A stretch of 64,000 bases of DNA from a virus (IMGVR_UViG_3300012956_000001:1-64000), one strand, 5' to 3'. Positions 20,768 to 31,778 are shown, numbered from the stretch's first letter. A program made the numbers and translations. Notes: generated from the sequence alone by a model not told the origin.

Positions 20768-20941
20768 AAGGATATTCCCCTTAACCGGGGAATAATCCCC
20801 GGATTGTAACGAAAAAAGCATACTATAGTATCCCTTAACCGACTTAAGCGATAGTATAGTATGCTTTTCCCCGGATTGTAACGAAATTTGCCAGGCACCG
20901 GACACTATAGTATATTAGATCATACTCAAATGGAGACACCA

Positions 20942-21184
20942 ATGCTCGCCAATGACATCAAGAAGGGCACCGCCGTCAGGCTTAGCAACGGATGGGAGGC
21001 CGAAATCCTCGACAACAAGAAGGGTTCCATTCGTATGGCTAAGGTTTACGGTGACTACACCGAAATTGGCAGCGTGTATGTCAAGGACATTAAGATGGTG
21101 TGGTCGGTCGATCACTGGGTTCCGGTTGAACTCTCCGATGCTCAGAAGAAGGCAGCGGCCGCTCAAGCTGCTTGGGGATTCTAA
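20942..21184 (+). CDS. small hypothetical phage protein
   Basis: Cassette promoter, GGAG RBS; MLANDIKKG. Confidence 0.6.
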   Translation: MLANDIKKGTAVRLSNGWEAEILDNKKGSIRMAKVYGDYTEIGSVYVKDIKMVWSVDHWVPVELSDAQKKAAAAQAAWGF

Positions 21185-21287
21185 CCGTGAATCACGTAAT
21201 CGAAGTAATCGCGTTTTTCCTTATCACCTTCTGGGCCCAGCGGGAAGATTGTCGCTTGGCTCTTATCGCCAACCGAGGAGTATAATC

Positions 21288-21611
21288 ATGCCGTGTAATG
21301 ATGGTGGGATGTTTCGATCCGACGAGGATCAGGCCCGTGGTTTGATCACTACGGCTCGTGACTTCGAGGCGGTGCTGTGTGGGATTCTCTCCGCCATGAT
21401 TACCACCGACGAAGTAAAGTATTGGCTCAATGAGGTCGATTGGAAGGAAGTCGGAGTGTCCCGCAAGCGTGTTGAAAAGTGGTGGAAGGAACACCAGAAG
21501 GAAGATGCAGAGCGTCGGAAGCGTGAGGAAGCGTTGCAAGCCAAGCTTGCTGCACGTGAATCTGCTCTGGCCAAGCTCACTCCTGCCGAGCGTCATGCTC
21601 TGGGGCTGTAA
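21288..21611 (+). CDS. hypothetical protein
   Basis: RBS GAGGAG; MPCND...WW.EH..ED..R...ALAKLTP.ER.ALGL. Confidence 0.6.
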   Translation: MPCNDGGMFRSDEDQARGLITTARDFEAVLCGILSAMITTDEVKYWLNEVDWKEVGVSRKRVEKWWKEHQKEDAERRKREEALQAKLAARESALAKLTPAERHALGL

Positions 21612-22030
21612 TGAGATATCACAACGGAAAGTGGTCGCCCACCGATATTGACCCGACCGTGTTCGTCTTCGGGTCAAACCTTCTCGGACAACATGCCGGC
21701 GGAGCCGCAGCATTTGCTGAACAGTTTGGATGTGCCATTCACGGAATTGGTCAGGGATATGTTCCGGGCCACGGGCCACAGGGATGTAAGTCTGGTGGTT
21801 ATGCTCTGCCCACGATGGCCATGCCTGGTGTACCTCTGACGCTCAGGGGTGTGGAAGCCGCTGTAACGCTCTTCGTGGCATATGCTGTCGTTCGGAACGA
21901 TTTGACCTTCTTTGTCACTCGTGTCGGATGTGGAATCGCCGGATTCGCCGACGGGGACATTGCTCCGCTGTTCGCTGGTGCTCCCGAAAACTGCATCTTT
22001 CCCCCGGAGTGGAAGAGCATTCTCGGGTAA
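21611..22030 (+). CDS. macrodomain-like phage protein
   Basis: VFVFGSNL.G.H.GGAA, YALPT, VTRVGCGIAG, IAPLF. Confidence 0.7.
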   Translation: MRYHNGKWSPTDIDPTVFVFGSNLLGQHAGGAAAFAEQFGCAIHGIGQGYVPGHGPQGCKSGGYALPTMAMPGVPLTLRGVEAAVTLFVAYAVVRNDLTFFVTRVGCGIAGFADGDIAPLFAGAPENCIFPPEWKSILG

Positions 22031-22178
22031 TCCAAAATGTACAAATTACCAGAAAACCGGGATTTGTACACCCCAATTGTAACAAAACACCCCGTTTGTA
22101 ACGAAATCGGGTCACCCCTTCCCTTTTGAGCGTTCCCGTTGTATAATTCCCGTATAACCTAAACGGAGTTACACGGTA

Positions 22179-24470
22179 ATGGAAATCAAGGTCGAAACGC
22201 ACGATGTGTCCACGGCTGGTCTGCTCGAGCGCCGCAAGTATGGCGTGGACGCGGGTGCCGCGATGTTCGCACTGACGAATCTGTACCGTAATCCGATTGA
22301 CGCCATTGTGCGGGAGTACGCGACGAATATGTACGACGCGTGGCTCGCACTCAAGCGTGAACGTCCCGACGCCACCTTCAAGGCGCCGGAGATTGTGCTG
22401 CCTGGGCCGTTGGATTCGTCCATCGTGTTCCGTGACTACGGCATTGGTATGTCGGTGGACACGGTTTGGAATAAGTTTATGTGGTTCGGTGGGACCACTA
22501 AGAACCTGTCGAACGATGAAGTCGGCGGGTTCGGTCTGGGCTGTAAGACGGCGAACTGCTACAATGGTGGGAGCGCCTGGACGATTGAGAGCCGCTATGA
22601 CGGCGAGCTCCACAGCTTTATGTGTTTCCTCGCGGAAGATGGATCGCCTGACGGTGCTCACGTTTCGACGGTCCCGACGACTGAGCGAAATGGTATCACG
22701 GTGACGATTCCCATTCGTCGTGAGGATCACCAGAAGGTGCGGGATGCGGTGGCGAAGTACCTGCCTTTTTTCCCGACTGATGTAAAGCTCGTCGGCGGTA
22801 CGTTCGACCGCCCTGCCTATGTGCTCAAGGGTAACGGGTGGGGCATCCGTGCGACCGTCAAGAATTACCATAATTCGGATATTACTAATATCGTAATGGG
22901 GAACGTGCCGTATCCGCTCCCGATTTCCGAAATGGAAAGCTTCGGAATCGTTCGCCCGACTGGTATTGACCGTGACGCGTGGGGCCGGTTTCTGGGACAG
23001 ACGCCGATTGACCTGACGGTGCCCATCGGTTCGATTGACATTGTTCCGTCGCGGGACAATATGCGGAATACGGACAAGACCAAGGCCGCCGTCAAGTACG
23101 CGTGGGACGCGATGATGGACGATCTGGTGAAGCAGTTTAGCAAGGAGCTCGACAAGGCGCCGACCGCGTGGGACGCGATCAAGATGTATGACGAGCTCAC
23201 GAATAAGTCCGGCACGGGCAAGATTCTGCCTGCCGTGATTTACAAGGGAACGCGGTACGAGGGTCGCGCCATTCGGGTCACGCTGAAGGAACTCCTGGCC
23301 GCCGATCCGACTGCCACGGTCACGCGGTACACGATCACAAACTCGGACATTGCTACGCCCGAAGTTGCGGACCTGACGAAGCTCGATGATGTAATGTGGG
23401 TCCGTCCCCAGCGTGGGAACGAATGGGACCATCGGGTTTTGCTGCCCAACGAATCGTTGCTGATGATTGACGATCTGGGTGCTCGTGGCGGTGTCGCCGC
23501 TGCTCGGGCGGCCGTCCACAACGCCTTTGTGTCCAAGACGGCCAACGGTCGGGCTCGCCGGTATGGTCACACGGTCGGACAGGTGTACGCCATCACGACG
23601 AAGCTCACCGCCGATGAATTGTCGGTGCTCTTCGGTGGGTGTCCGTCAAACATCGTTCTGACTGCCTCGGTGGTTCGTGGAACGATGAAGGCGGTGCCCG
23701 GTGCTAAGGTTGCGGTGGTGGAAAACATCTACCGCTGGGGTGGCAGCTGGGGTGCACGTGTCAACATTCCCGACGACGGCACGGCCCGTTACTACGTCAC
23801 GCTCACAAAGAATAATGCGGGAAAGTGGGTTTATCGGGACAAGGCGTATAGTCAGGCAGAGGAAATGCGGAGTGTCGCACGCGCGATGGAAGTTATGAAG
23901 CTCGACAAGGATACGCCTATTTATGGGTGTCGCCCTGACGATGTTAAGAATCTTCCGACGAGCTGGGTCAATCTCGAAACTCTCGCCGTGAAGATGTTCA
24001 CCGACTTTGTGACGACGAACGCCACGGCGATTGCTCGGTCGCGGCAGAAGGTGTCCGATGAAGTTACCGCCCTGGCGACGCTCGTGTACCATATCTCAAG
24101 CGATAAGACCAGCGGGATGGGCGGCCGGTATTCGTCGGTGTCCGCCGCGGCGAATCTGCACGGTATGCCGTCTGATCTGGTGGACTTCTACAACGCCTAT
24201 TGTGTCGGTCACTCCGCTGAGACCTCAAAGATTGTTGCAACGACCGATCTGTATGGCGGGTTGGTTGACAAGGACATTCGCGCCGCTCGCATTAACGTTG
24301 CGGTGAAGGATGAGAAGATGCCCAACTTGTCCAAGACCTATATTGCCCTCGCGTCGAAGTATCCGATGCTCCCGGTCCTGGCGTCCCTTAACCACAATTC
24401 GTATAATTCAATTTCCTCGAATAATCACCACAAGAAGATCACGCTTGACTATATCGCTACACTCGCTTAA
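22179..24470 (+). CDS. rIIA: RIIA-like protein with N-terminal GHKL ATPase
   Basis: LY.NPIDAIVREYATNMYDA, RDYGIGMS, TTK..SNDEVGGFGLGCK; adjacent to rIIB. Confidence 0.85.
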   Translation: MEIKVETHDVSTAGLLERRKYGVDAGAAMFALTNLYRNPIDAIVREYATNMYDAWLALKRERPDATFKAPEIVLPGPLDSSIVFRDYGIGMSVDTVWNKFMWFGGTTKNLSNDEVGGFGLGCKTANCYNGGSAWTIESRYDGELHSFMCFLAEDGSPDGAHVSTVPTTERNGITVTIPIRREDHQKVRDAVAKYLPFFPTDVKLVGGTFDRPAYVLKGNGWGIRATVKNYHNSDITNIVMGNVPYPLPISEMESFGIVRPTGIDRDAWGRFLGQTPIDLTVPIGSIDIVPSRDNMRNTDKTKAAVKYAWDAMMDDLVKQFSKELDKAPTAWDAIKMYDELTNKSGTGKILPAVIYKGTRYEGRAIRVTLKELLAADPTATVTRYTITNSDIATPEVADLTKLDDVMWVRPQRGNEWDHRVLLPNESLLMIDDLGARGGVAAARAAVHNAFVSKTANGRARRYGHTVGQVYAITTKLTADELSVLFGGCPSNIVLTASVVRGTMKAVPGAKVAVVENIYRWGGSWGARVNIPDDGTARYYVTLTKNNAGKWVYRDKAYSQAEEMRSVARAMEVMKLDKDTPIYGCRPDDVKNLPTSWVNLETLAVKMFTDFVTTNATAIARSRQKVSDEVTALATLVYHISSDKTSGMGGRYSSVSAAANLHGMPSDLVDFYNAYCVGHSAETSKIVATTDLYGGLVDKDIRAARINVAVKDEKMPNLSKTYIALASKYPMLPVLASLNHNSYNSISSNNHHKKITLDYIATLA

Positions 24471-24507
24471 GTTTGTACCATACCACTCACCACAAAGGAA
24501 CGAACAA

Positions 24508-25710
24508 ATGACTACACACAACGCTTCACTCGTCACCGCCGCTGGCATTCTGATCTTCACCAATGGTCAGATGATGACGATTGCCAACGACCACCCGAAC
24601 GCCGGGAAGATTCGTGATGCACTTTCGTCTGGGGATTACACCCTGGCGCTCGATCTTGCCGACACCAAGGCCGTCGCACGCAAGTGGCTGTCCAAGGACA
24701 AGGACTTCGCCCTTGACGGTTCGACTGTCACGCTCCACGGCGATCCGTTCTCGGTCGCGGTCACGGAGAAGGTTCTTTCGATGATCGAGGCCGGCTCGAA
24801 TCCCGATCCGCTCTTTAACTTTCTTCGGAAGGTTCGGAAGAATCCGTCCCGTACCGCTCAGGAAGAGCTGCTGCTCTTCTGTGTCGCCAACGGCTTTATG
24901 ATCCACGAAGATGGCGACATTATCGCCTACAAGTCCCTTCGTGGCGACTACAAGGACATTCACTCCGGTACTGTCCTGGCGAAGCCCGCTCACCTGATGA
25001 CTCCGGCGGAACTCACGCAGTATGGTTCGGGCGTCAAGCAGGGCGATGTGACCACGCAGGTTGTGAACGGTGTCACGACCATTTCGATGGCTCGTCACAA
25101 GGTTGACGACCGCCGCGATGTGACCTGCTCGGTCGGTCTGCACTTCGCCGCTCACAAGTATGCTTCGACTTGGGCGGGAGCGATTGACGGCGTGAACCGT
25201 CGCCTGATCGTGATGAAGGTCAACCCGGCGGATGTGGTTTCGATTCCGTCCGACTATCACAACGAGAAGGGTCGCTGCTGGTCCTACCAGGCGATTGCCG
25301 AACTGGGCAACGCCAACCCGATGCCCAAGAAGGAAGTCTATACCCCGGCGGATTGTGGGTGTCCTCCGGGCGTCTGTGAGGCCGCTGCCGATCACTCGGT
25401 CATCGTGACGATCACGTTTGATGACGATGCCACGAATCGTGAACACCAGCGCGCAGACCTTCGCACGGAGATCGCCGACCTTGACCGTGAGATCGCCAAG
25501 AAGGATGCCACGTTCAAGAAGTTTGATGCGGAGCGTGTCTCGCTTGAGAATACAGCCCAGCAGGTTCGTGACCTCGGCGGCTATCCGGGCGGCACCATCA
25601 CCGGACGGCTCGCTCGGGTTCGGGAGATTCTGCAGGATGTTAGCGCGGAACTGTCTGAACTCCTCGCCGACCGGCGTGAGGCCGCGCAGGAGTTGGCTGA
25701 CCTCCGTTAA
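24508..25710 (+). CDS. rIIB: RIIB-like protein
   Basis: DGDIIAYK..RGDYKDIHSG, CSVGLH, KVNPADVVSIPSDY..KGRC. Confidence 0.88.
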   Translation: MTTHNASLVTAAGILIFTNGQMMTIANDHPNAGKIRDALSSGDYTLALDLADTKAVARKWLSKDKDFALDGSTVTLHGDPFSVAVTEKVLSMIEAGSNPDPLFNFLRKVRKNPSRTAQEELLLFCVANGFMIHEDGDIIAYKSLRGDYKDIHSGTVLAKPAHLMTPAELTQYGSGVKQGDVTTQVVNGVTTISMARHKVDDRRDVTCSVGLHFAAHKYASTWAGAIDGVNRRLIVMKVNPADVVSIPSDYHNEKGRCWSYQAIAELGNANPMPKKEVYTPADCGCPPGVCEAAADHSVIVTITFDDDATNREHQRADLRTEIADLDREIAKKDATFKKFDAERVSLENTAQQVRDLGGYPGGTITGRLARVREILQDVSAELSELLADRREAAQELADLR

Positions 25711-25846
25711 TCGGATAAACCAATAATGGGACTTTTGGGGCCAGAAATGGTCCCAAAACCCCCGTTTGTAACGAACCTAAGCGCTTATGGGGCACCAACT
25801 TAGGTGACCCCTTGACTTTTGGATACAACTAGGCTATATTCAATCT

Positions 25847-27961
25847 ATGACAAATAACAACCCGCACATCGCCGCCCGTATTCAAGAGAAGGTTGACCGC
25901 ATCAAGAATTCCCACTCCGCGTTCTGGATTGGGTCGGATGTGGAAGATTTGACGCGTAAGGTGGAGGTCGGTTCGCTCGACTACCTCGATCGTCTCCGTA
26001 CCGTACAGCGTGCCGTCGGCAATTTCGTGAAGATTGTCACGGGCGAAGAAATCCCGGTATTGTACTCGAGCGGTAAGTCGAGCTATACGACGGGGAAGGA
26101 AGTGGTGCTCTCGGCGGATATTGATCCGACGAAGTTGGACTCTATGGTAGGCGTGGCGTTGCACGAAGGTGCACACTGCCTTCTGTCGGGCCAGTCGTTG
26201 GAGTTTCTGCAGGAGATGCACAAGCGGTTCGATCATATGGTGGGCGGTCATCCGATTGTGGTGCACGCACAGCGGTTGAACATTCCGCTCACCGAAAAGA
26301 ACCTGACGCCTGCGATGGGCACTGGCGGAGATACCGTCATCGGTCACGTGCAGCTCGTGATGAACGTGCTCGAGGATCGGCGCATTGACTTGTGGATGTA
26401 CAAGAACGCGCCGGGGTATCGTCCGTATTACGAGGAAATGTACAACGAGCACTGGCACAGCAAGGATATCGACAAGGCACTGCAAGATCCGAAGTTCCGT
26501 GAGCTGGCGGTCCGCAACTATTTCTTGTTTGTCATTAATCTGACAAATACGAATTTTGACGAGACTGCACTGCCCGGTTTGGCGAAGATCAAGCAGATCG
26601 CCAACCTGACGGAGAAGGGTTTGTCTGCCCGTGGTAATGATGATCCGGGCTTCCGTAATTGGAAGGCCGGACTGCCGACGAACACGAGTCCGGTGTCGGA
26701 TTTGACGAAGTTCCCGAAGCTCTTTGCTGATGCCGTTGCAATTGTGACGGCGATCTATTCGGGTTCGACTATCGTGGAACCGCCGAAGTCCGACAAGGAT
26801 GATGAAGGCGAGGAAGGTGGTGAAGGCGACGGTGAAGGTGAGGGCGATCAGCCGGGCGATTTGCCTAACCTTGATGGCGGCATCCCGCGTAAGGTGTCGC
26901 GGTCGGCGATGGAAAAGGCTCTCGCCAAGCAGATTCAATTCGCCAACGGTCAGTTGACGAAGGAAGAAATTAGTGCCGAAGTGAAGGCACAGCTCGATCA
27001 GCTCGAGCAGACTTCCGCCTCGATTGTGGACGTTGAAGGAGACTTCCTTCCCCGCAACGTGAAGGCGCGAGTGATTGTGTACCGGGATATCACCAAGGAA
27101 ACGGTCAAGAAGGATGCATTTCCGTTTAAGTATAATTCGTATTATAGTCGGAACGGTGCTGCACAGATCAATCCCGACATGACCAAGGCGTTGAAGGATG
27201 GAATTCGGTTGGGTGCCATTCTGGCGAATCGTATCCGCGTGATGCAGGACGAACGTCCGCTCACGTTCAATCGTCAGGAGCACGGCCGTTTGGACAAGCG
27301 CCGCGTGGCGATGTTGGGTACTGGTGCAATGGATGTGTTTTCCTTCACGATTACCGAGCGTCGTAAGCCCGCCAATCTGTGGATGGACGTTGACTTCTCT
27401 GGTTCGATGAACGGTGAGAAGTCGGGAAAGGCGATGACTGTCGCGGTGGCGATTGCCTACGCCGCAGAACAGACCCGGACGTTGAACACCACGATTGCCG
27501 TCCGTGACGGTGGGCATGACTGTGCTCGAGTGGCGATTCTGTATGACTCGCGTAAGCACCAGTTCAACAAGTTGCGTCATATCCTGCCGTATATCGGGGT
27601 TCAGGGTGGTACGCCTGAGTCGCTCGCCTTCGAAGCGATCAAGGATGAAATGATGCAGATGTACAAGGATGAACGGAAGTATTTTATCAATCTGTCGGAC
27701 GGTGAACCGGGTCACGGTTTCACGTACAAGGGTAAGGGTTACTCTTACGGCGGCGAGGAGGCGTACAAGCACACGCGGCGCCTGATGAATGATTTCCGTG
27801 GAATGGGCATTAAGGTATTGTCCTATTACATCGGCGATTCCCGGTACGAGCACGAGGGTTTCAAGAAGATGTACGGGCAGGATGCTCGGTTTATCGACCC
27901 GAAGAACATCGGTCAGATTGCCGGTACGATCAACAAGCTGTTGATGGGTGATGACAAGTAA
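25847..27961 (+). CDS. CobT-like protein: HExxH metallopeptidase-like domain, acidic linker, VWA domain
   Basis: ALHEGAH, NVLEDRRID, GRLDKRR, DVDFSGSM (MIDAS), GGTPE, NLSDGEP. Confidence 0.85.
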   Translation: MTNNNPHIAARIQEKVDRIKNSHSAFWIGSDVEDLTRKVEVGSLDYLDRLRTVQRAVGNFVKIVTGEEIPVLYSSGKSSYTTGKEVVLSADIDPTKLDSMVGVALHEGAHCLLSGQSLEFLQEMHKRFDHMVGGHPIVVHAQRLNIPLTEKNLTPAMGTGGDTVIGHVQLVMNVLEDRRIDLWMYKNAPGYRPYYEEMYNEHWHSKDIDKALQDPKFRELAVRNYFLFVINLTNTNFDETALPGLAKIKQIANLTEKGLSARGNDDPGFRNWKAGLPTNTSPVSDLTKFPKLFADAVAIVTAIYSGSTIVEPPKSDKDDEGEEGGEGDGEGEGDQPGDLPNLDGGIPRKVSRSAMEKALAKQIQFANGQLTKEEISAEVKAQLDQLEQTSASIVDVEGDFLPRNVKARVIVYRDITKETVKKDAFPFKYNSYYSRNGAAQINPDMTKALKDGIRLGAILANRIRVMQDERPLTFNRQEHGRLDKRRVAMLGTGAMDVFSFTITERRKPANLWMDVDFSGSMNGEKSGKAMTVAVAIAYAAEQTRTLNTTIAVRDGGHDCARVAILYDSRKHQFNKLRHILPYIGVQGGTPESLAFEAIKDEMMQMYKDERKYFINLSDGEPGHGFTYKGKGYSYGGEEAYKHTRRLMNDFRGMGIKVLSYYIGDSRYEHEGFKKMYGQDARFIDPKNIGQIAGTINKLLMGDDK

Positions 27962-28034
27962 GTTGCTCACATTTGGTGGGCTTGACAAACGATCACTAAT
28001 GAAGTATCTTTAAGCTTCAACAAAGGAGTTAGTA

Positions 28035-28388
28035 ATGTCACGAATCGTTAACAAGGATCGCTCGATTTTGCTCCAGCGATTCATTACCCTTATCGGTGAC
28101 GCCCGAGAGCCATTCGTGGAAACGGGCCGAAAGTTCGATAAGGTATATGTCGAAGGTCGTGTCCGATACTTCGTCGCTCGGTCGGATCAGGGCGCCGAGG
28201 TTAAGGAAGGCGACATCTACGGCGCCAAGTCGAAGCTCGCTCCCAACTTCCGCTGGTATTTTGGGAATTTGGCGAATGCAGGAAATTGGGATTGGTCGGA
28301 CTTTCACGGCCGCCCAGTGGATGACAAGAGTGTAATGCCTGTGAAGGGTTACGGCCGATATACGCATTACAAGCGAATCGAGGCCTAA
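28035..28388 (+). CDS. hypothetical protein, paralog of 32495-32863
   Basis: GRKFDKV..VRYFV..GDIY..PNFR.YFG. Confidence 0.7.
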   Translation: MSRIVNKDRSILLQRFITLIGDAREPFVETGRKFDKVYVEGRVRYFVARSDQGAEVKEGDIYGAKSKLAPNFRWYFGNLANAGNWDWSDFHGRPVDDKSVMPVKGYGRYTHYKRIEA

Positions 28389-28610
28389 GTGTTCAAGGAT
28401 TACCGGGGGACTGAGTTGGTGCCTGGTGTCCGAGTCGCTTACAATCGGTCAGGCGAAGTGAAACTAGGTACGCTGGTGTATATCGCACCAAGTTCGAAGA
28501 AGTGGACATTCACCTATGCTCCGAATCCACTGGCGACGATCAAGGTACTTGGCGACGATGGTAAGGAATCGACGCTCGCCAGAATCACGAACCTTGTAGT
28601 ATTGGAGTAG
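28389..28610 (+). CDS. small hypothetical protein
   Basis: GTG start directly after the upstream stop. Confidence 0.55.
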   Translation: MFKDYRGTELVPGVRVAYNRSGEVKLGTLVYIAPSSKKWTFTYAPNPLATIKVLGDDGKESTLARITNLVVLE

Positions 28611-28886
28611 GTTTTTCGGTCAATCTAACTACGTATGGAGATACGAATGAGATGACCTCATCCTGAACACGGTTTGTCTGTACCGAAAACAGACCCATCG
28701 CCCTAGTCAATTTGTGGGCGTCAACGATCAAGGGCGTTGACTGGTTGAGTTCCCTGCTCAACGATGCGAATTAAACTTATAGATAAATTATTGTATAGTG
28801 GAATAGGTCGGGTGACACATAACTCTTGAGTCCAGCCCGATAGCGCTTGGTCAGAACGGATGGTGTACAGCGCACAACGTTCTTTC

Positions 28887-28958
28887 TAGTCTGAGGTGTA
28901 ACGGCATACACGCCCAGCTTTGAACTGGGAGAAGCGGGTTCGATTCCCGCCTGACGGG
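28887..28958 (+). tRNA. degenerate tRNA-Gln(TTG)
   Basis: CCCAG-CTTTGAA-CTGGG anticodon arm, GCGGG-TTCGATT-CCCGC T arm; acceptor stem has two mismatches. Confidence 0.55.
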
Positions 28959-29309
28959 GCTTATACCCCTAAACCGAAACGACCGTGACTCCTTTCCGGT
29001 ATGTACCGCAAATGGATAGTCGTTCGGTGAAAGAATCGTAGAGCCGGTGAATAAATTATAGAATGATAGATATGTAAGTTTTGTACTTAATATCTATACG
29101 CTATTCCGGCACCTAATGACCTTGACTTGTGAAGCATCGCAACCCCCCTGAAAGGAAACCGTCTATCCCTCCCGACGGCATCAAACCTTTCAGGGGGTTT
29201 GTATTTACCCCAATTGTAACGATTTCGGCCCTTGACAAACCCCTTTAGGGGTATTAAGTTTCCCGAAGTCAAGTAATCAACCTATTCGCTAAAGGGAGCG
29301 AAAAAACAA

Positions 29310-30503
29310 ATGGAAAAGGATACGGTTTTTGCGCCGAGCATCGGCACAGTGGTTCGGGTGGAGAAGTTCGGGGACACGTACCGGGCGACTCTGCCTGATG
29401 GTGCGGATGTGACCGAGCATTTCGAGAATTATCAGTTGCGGAATGCCGTCAAGGAAGGCATGGCGCTCAAGCTCGTGGAGACGAACACGGGTTCGACGCA
29501 GTGGCGGAAGGTGTCGCCGGCGGAGTTCACCGAACGTGCCAAGAACGCCCTCCCCGACCAGGCATCGGCGACGATGGATCACGACAAGATTGTTCAGTTC
29601 CTTCGGAACGCCTCGGCGGTTCGCCCTGAGTCGTACAAGATGGACGACCTCAAGTGGCGCTTCTCCGTGCGGACGGTGCTCCGTGGTAAGAATATGATGA
29701 TTACCGGCCCGAAGGGTACGGGCAAGACGGTGCTCGCGTTCACCCTTCGTGATACGCTCAATCGTCCGTTCTTCAACATTCCGCTCGGCGCTACGCAGGA
29801 CCCGCGCTCGACGCTCATCGGTAACGTACACTTCGATCCCGAGCGTGGCACGTATCTGGGTGAGGCCGAGTTCATTCGGGCGATTCAGACTCCTGACGCG
29901 ATCATCCTGCTCGACGAAATCACCCGCGCCCATCCTGACGCGTGGAACATTCTGATGAGCGCCCTCGACTACAAGCAGCGGTTCGTCCGTATTGACGAGG
30001 CGCCGGATTCGCCCGTCATCAACGTTGCTCCAGGCGTGACGTTCATCGCCACCGCCAACATCGGTTCGCAGTACACCGCGACCCGTACCCTTGACGCCGC
30101 ACTCACGGATCGTTTCATCGTGGTTGAGGTTGAGTATCTGGGCAAGGAGCAGGAATTCGAGCTCCTCCGTCAGCGGGTGCCGGGTGTTGACGAGCGAGTG
30201 TTGAACTCCCTCACCAACGCGGCGATTGATCTTCGGAAGGATGCCCGCTCGAGTGACCCGCGTATTACGGAAGGTCTGAGCACGCGGTCCACAATCGAAA
30301 TGGCCGAGCTCATTTACGACGGGTTCACCTTTCAGGAAGCGGCCGCGCTGGTCATCTATCCGCAGTATTCTGAAGCGGGTGGTGCCGACTCCGAGCGTGC
30401 CTATGTCAAGCAGATCGTCCAGAAGCACATTCCGACGAACCTTGACGACAAGGCTGCACCGTTCAATCTTGACCCGAACAATGGGGAATTGCCTTGGGCG
30501 TAA
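29310..30503 (+). CDS. MoxR/CobS-like AAA+ ATPase
   Basis: GPKGTGKT, ILLDEITR, FIATAN, LDAALTDRF, STR; near the CobT-like VWA gene. Confidence 0.9.
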   Translation: MEKDTVFAPSIGTVVRVEKFGDTYRATLPDGADVTEHFENYQLRNAVKEGMALKLVETNTGSTQWRKVSPAEFTERAKNALPDQASATMDHDKIVQFLRNASAVRPESYKMDDLKWRFSVRTVLRGKNMMITGPKGTGKTVLAFTLRDTLNRPFFNIPLGATQDPRSTLIGNVHFDPERGTYLGEAEFIRAIQTPDAIILLDEITRAHPDAWNILMSALDYKQRFVRIDEAPDSPVINVAPGVTFIATANIGSQYTATRTLDAALTDRFIVVEVEYLGKEQEFELLRQRVPGVDERVLNSLTNAAIDLRKDARSSDPRITEGLSTRSTIEMAELIYDGFTFQEAAALVIYPQYSEAGGADSERAYVKQIVQKHIPTNLDDKAAPFNLDPNNGELPWA

Positions 30504-30643
30504 TTCATTAACGCCAATAAGGTAATAATCGTGGTGGGGTGGCCCTTTCCGCTCCACCACGATTCGGGGAATTGTAACGAAATTACTCCTATTGACTTTG
30601 ACAAATAACAGGGTATATTGAGTCATACACCAACGGAGTAGAT

Positions 30644-30991
30644 ATGAGCAAGTATAACCAACCGATGAAGCGGAAGCCAGCCGAACCATTGGCTCTCATC
30701 AATGTCTCGGGCTCTAAGTCGGTGCCCGTAGGTACGAAGGTGTGGCCTGTGTGTAGTCTTACCAAAGACCTCACTACAAAGTCGTGGCTGTTGGTTTCTG
30801 TCAAACTGACCCAAGAGGTTTCGCCGAAGTGGGCTGCCCACATTCCCGATACGCCTGTTTTTAGTACGTGGAAAGTGCCTGGTGTAGCCAGGGCGGCTAT
30901 CGTTTGTCTTGAGAAGCCTGTCAAACGTGGTAATCATTGGGTGGTGGGATTCCTTGCCGACTTTGGCATTCCGGGGCATGGCGATGGGTGA
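30644..30991 (+). CDS. hypothetical protein of the expanded P.G..V.P family
   Basis: VPVGTKVWPV..SVKLTQEV..WVVGFL. Confidence 0.6.
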   Translation: MSKYNQPMKRKPAEPLALINVSGSKSVPVGTKVWPVCSLTKDLTTKSWLLVSVKLTQEVSPKWAAHIPDTPVFSTWKVPGVARAAIVCLEKPVKRGNHWVVGFLADFGIPGHGDG

Positions 30992-31361
30992 CTGGTTTGA
31001 TCCGTCTGTACCCCTGAGCATGTTTAAGCTGGGCGGTGGTCGGACATACGAAATTGTGCCTGGTGTAGAAGTTTGGCCTGTATATGGTCATACTGAAATG
31101 CTTGACGGCACGATATTTGTTGTTGAACCTGCGAAGCTGCAGCGGCGGCTTCGGGTGAACACGTATTGTGAAATGCCCTACACGGTCGGCATGCAGGCTG
31201 TCTTGCCGGCACGTAATGATCCGCGCCACGATCAGAAGATGTTGTCAAATATCATCATCCCATTGCCTGCTGCTGTAATGGTTGAGGGGTGGGAACCTAA
31301 GCTAACATTCGCATTGGGCTTTGTCATTCACACTAGCTATCTTCAACAGGTAGTGAGATGA
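30984..31361 (+). CDS. hypothetical protein of the expanded P.G..V.P family
   Basis: IVPGVEVWPV..PAKLQRRL..FALGFV. Confidence 0.6.
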   Translation: MGDWFDPSVPLSMFKLGGGRTYEIVPGVEVWPVYGHTEMLDGTIFVVEPAKLQRRLRVNTYCEMPYTVGMQAVLPARNDPRHDQKMLSNIIIPLPAAVMVEGWEPKLTFALGFVIHTSYLQQVVR

Positions 31362-31681
31362 GCTATACCCTTAGAGCACAAGCGTTCGTCATGCCTATTT
31401 ACGCGATCATAGGTTCTGATCGAGGCGTGTTCGTGGAGGCGGAAGCGCCTGCTCGCCCGCTGCGAAAAACACAGGTAGTCGAACCTCACGAGATACAGAC
31501 AGTAAAGAATACATTTCCAGATTTTTTCTGTGAAACGATACTTGAGTTAAATCAAAGCCGGCTAGCCATGAATCGGCCTCCGTATATGGCGGTTCTTTTC
31601 GATGATGGCGTTGAAGTAGACGGTAAGTTCTATATGGGTTATGTTTTCGACTCATGGATATATCCAAGTACACCGGAGTAA
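31358..31681 (+). CDS. hypothetical protein, probable divergent member of the same family
   Basis: AFVMPI..PARPLRKT..FYMGYV. Confidence 0.55.
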   Translation: MSYTLRAQAFVMPIYAIIGSDRGVFVEAEAPARPLRKTQVVEPHEIQTVKNTFPDFFCETILELNQSRLAMNRPPYMAVLFDDGVEVDGKFYMGYVFDSWIYPSTPE

Positions 31682-31778
31682 AATCCCCCGATTGTAACGA
31701 AATCTTCACACTTTCCTATACCCTTGCCGGCGTGACCCGGTGGGGGTATATTTGGTTATAACCTTTTAGGAGAGTCGC

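Noticed and set aside
21915-30689. Long minus-strand ORFs (551, 306, 719 and 466 aa)
   Set aside because: They are antisense shadows of well-supported GC3-rich plus-strand genes (rIIA, rIIB, VWA protein, MoxR ATPase) and show no motifs
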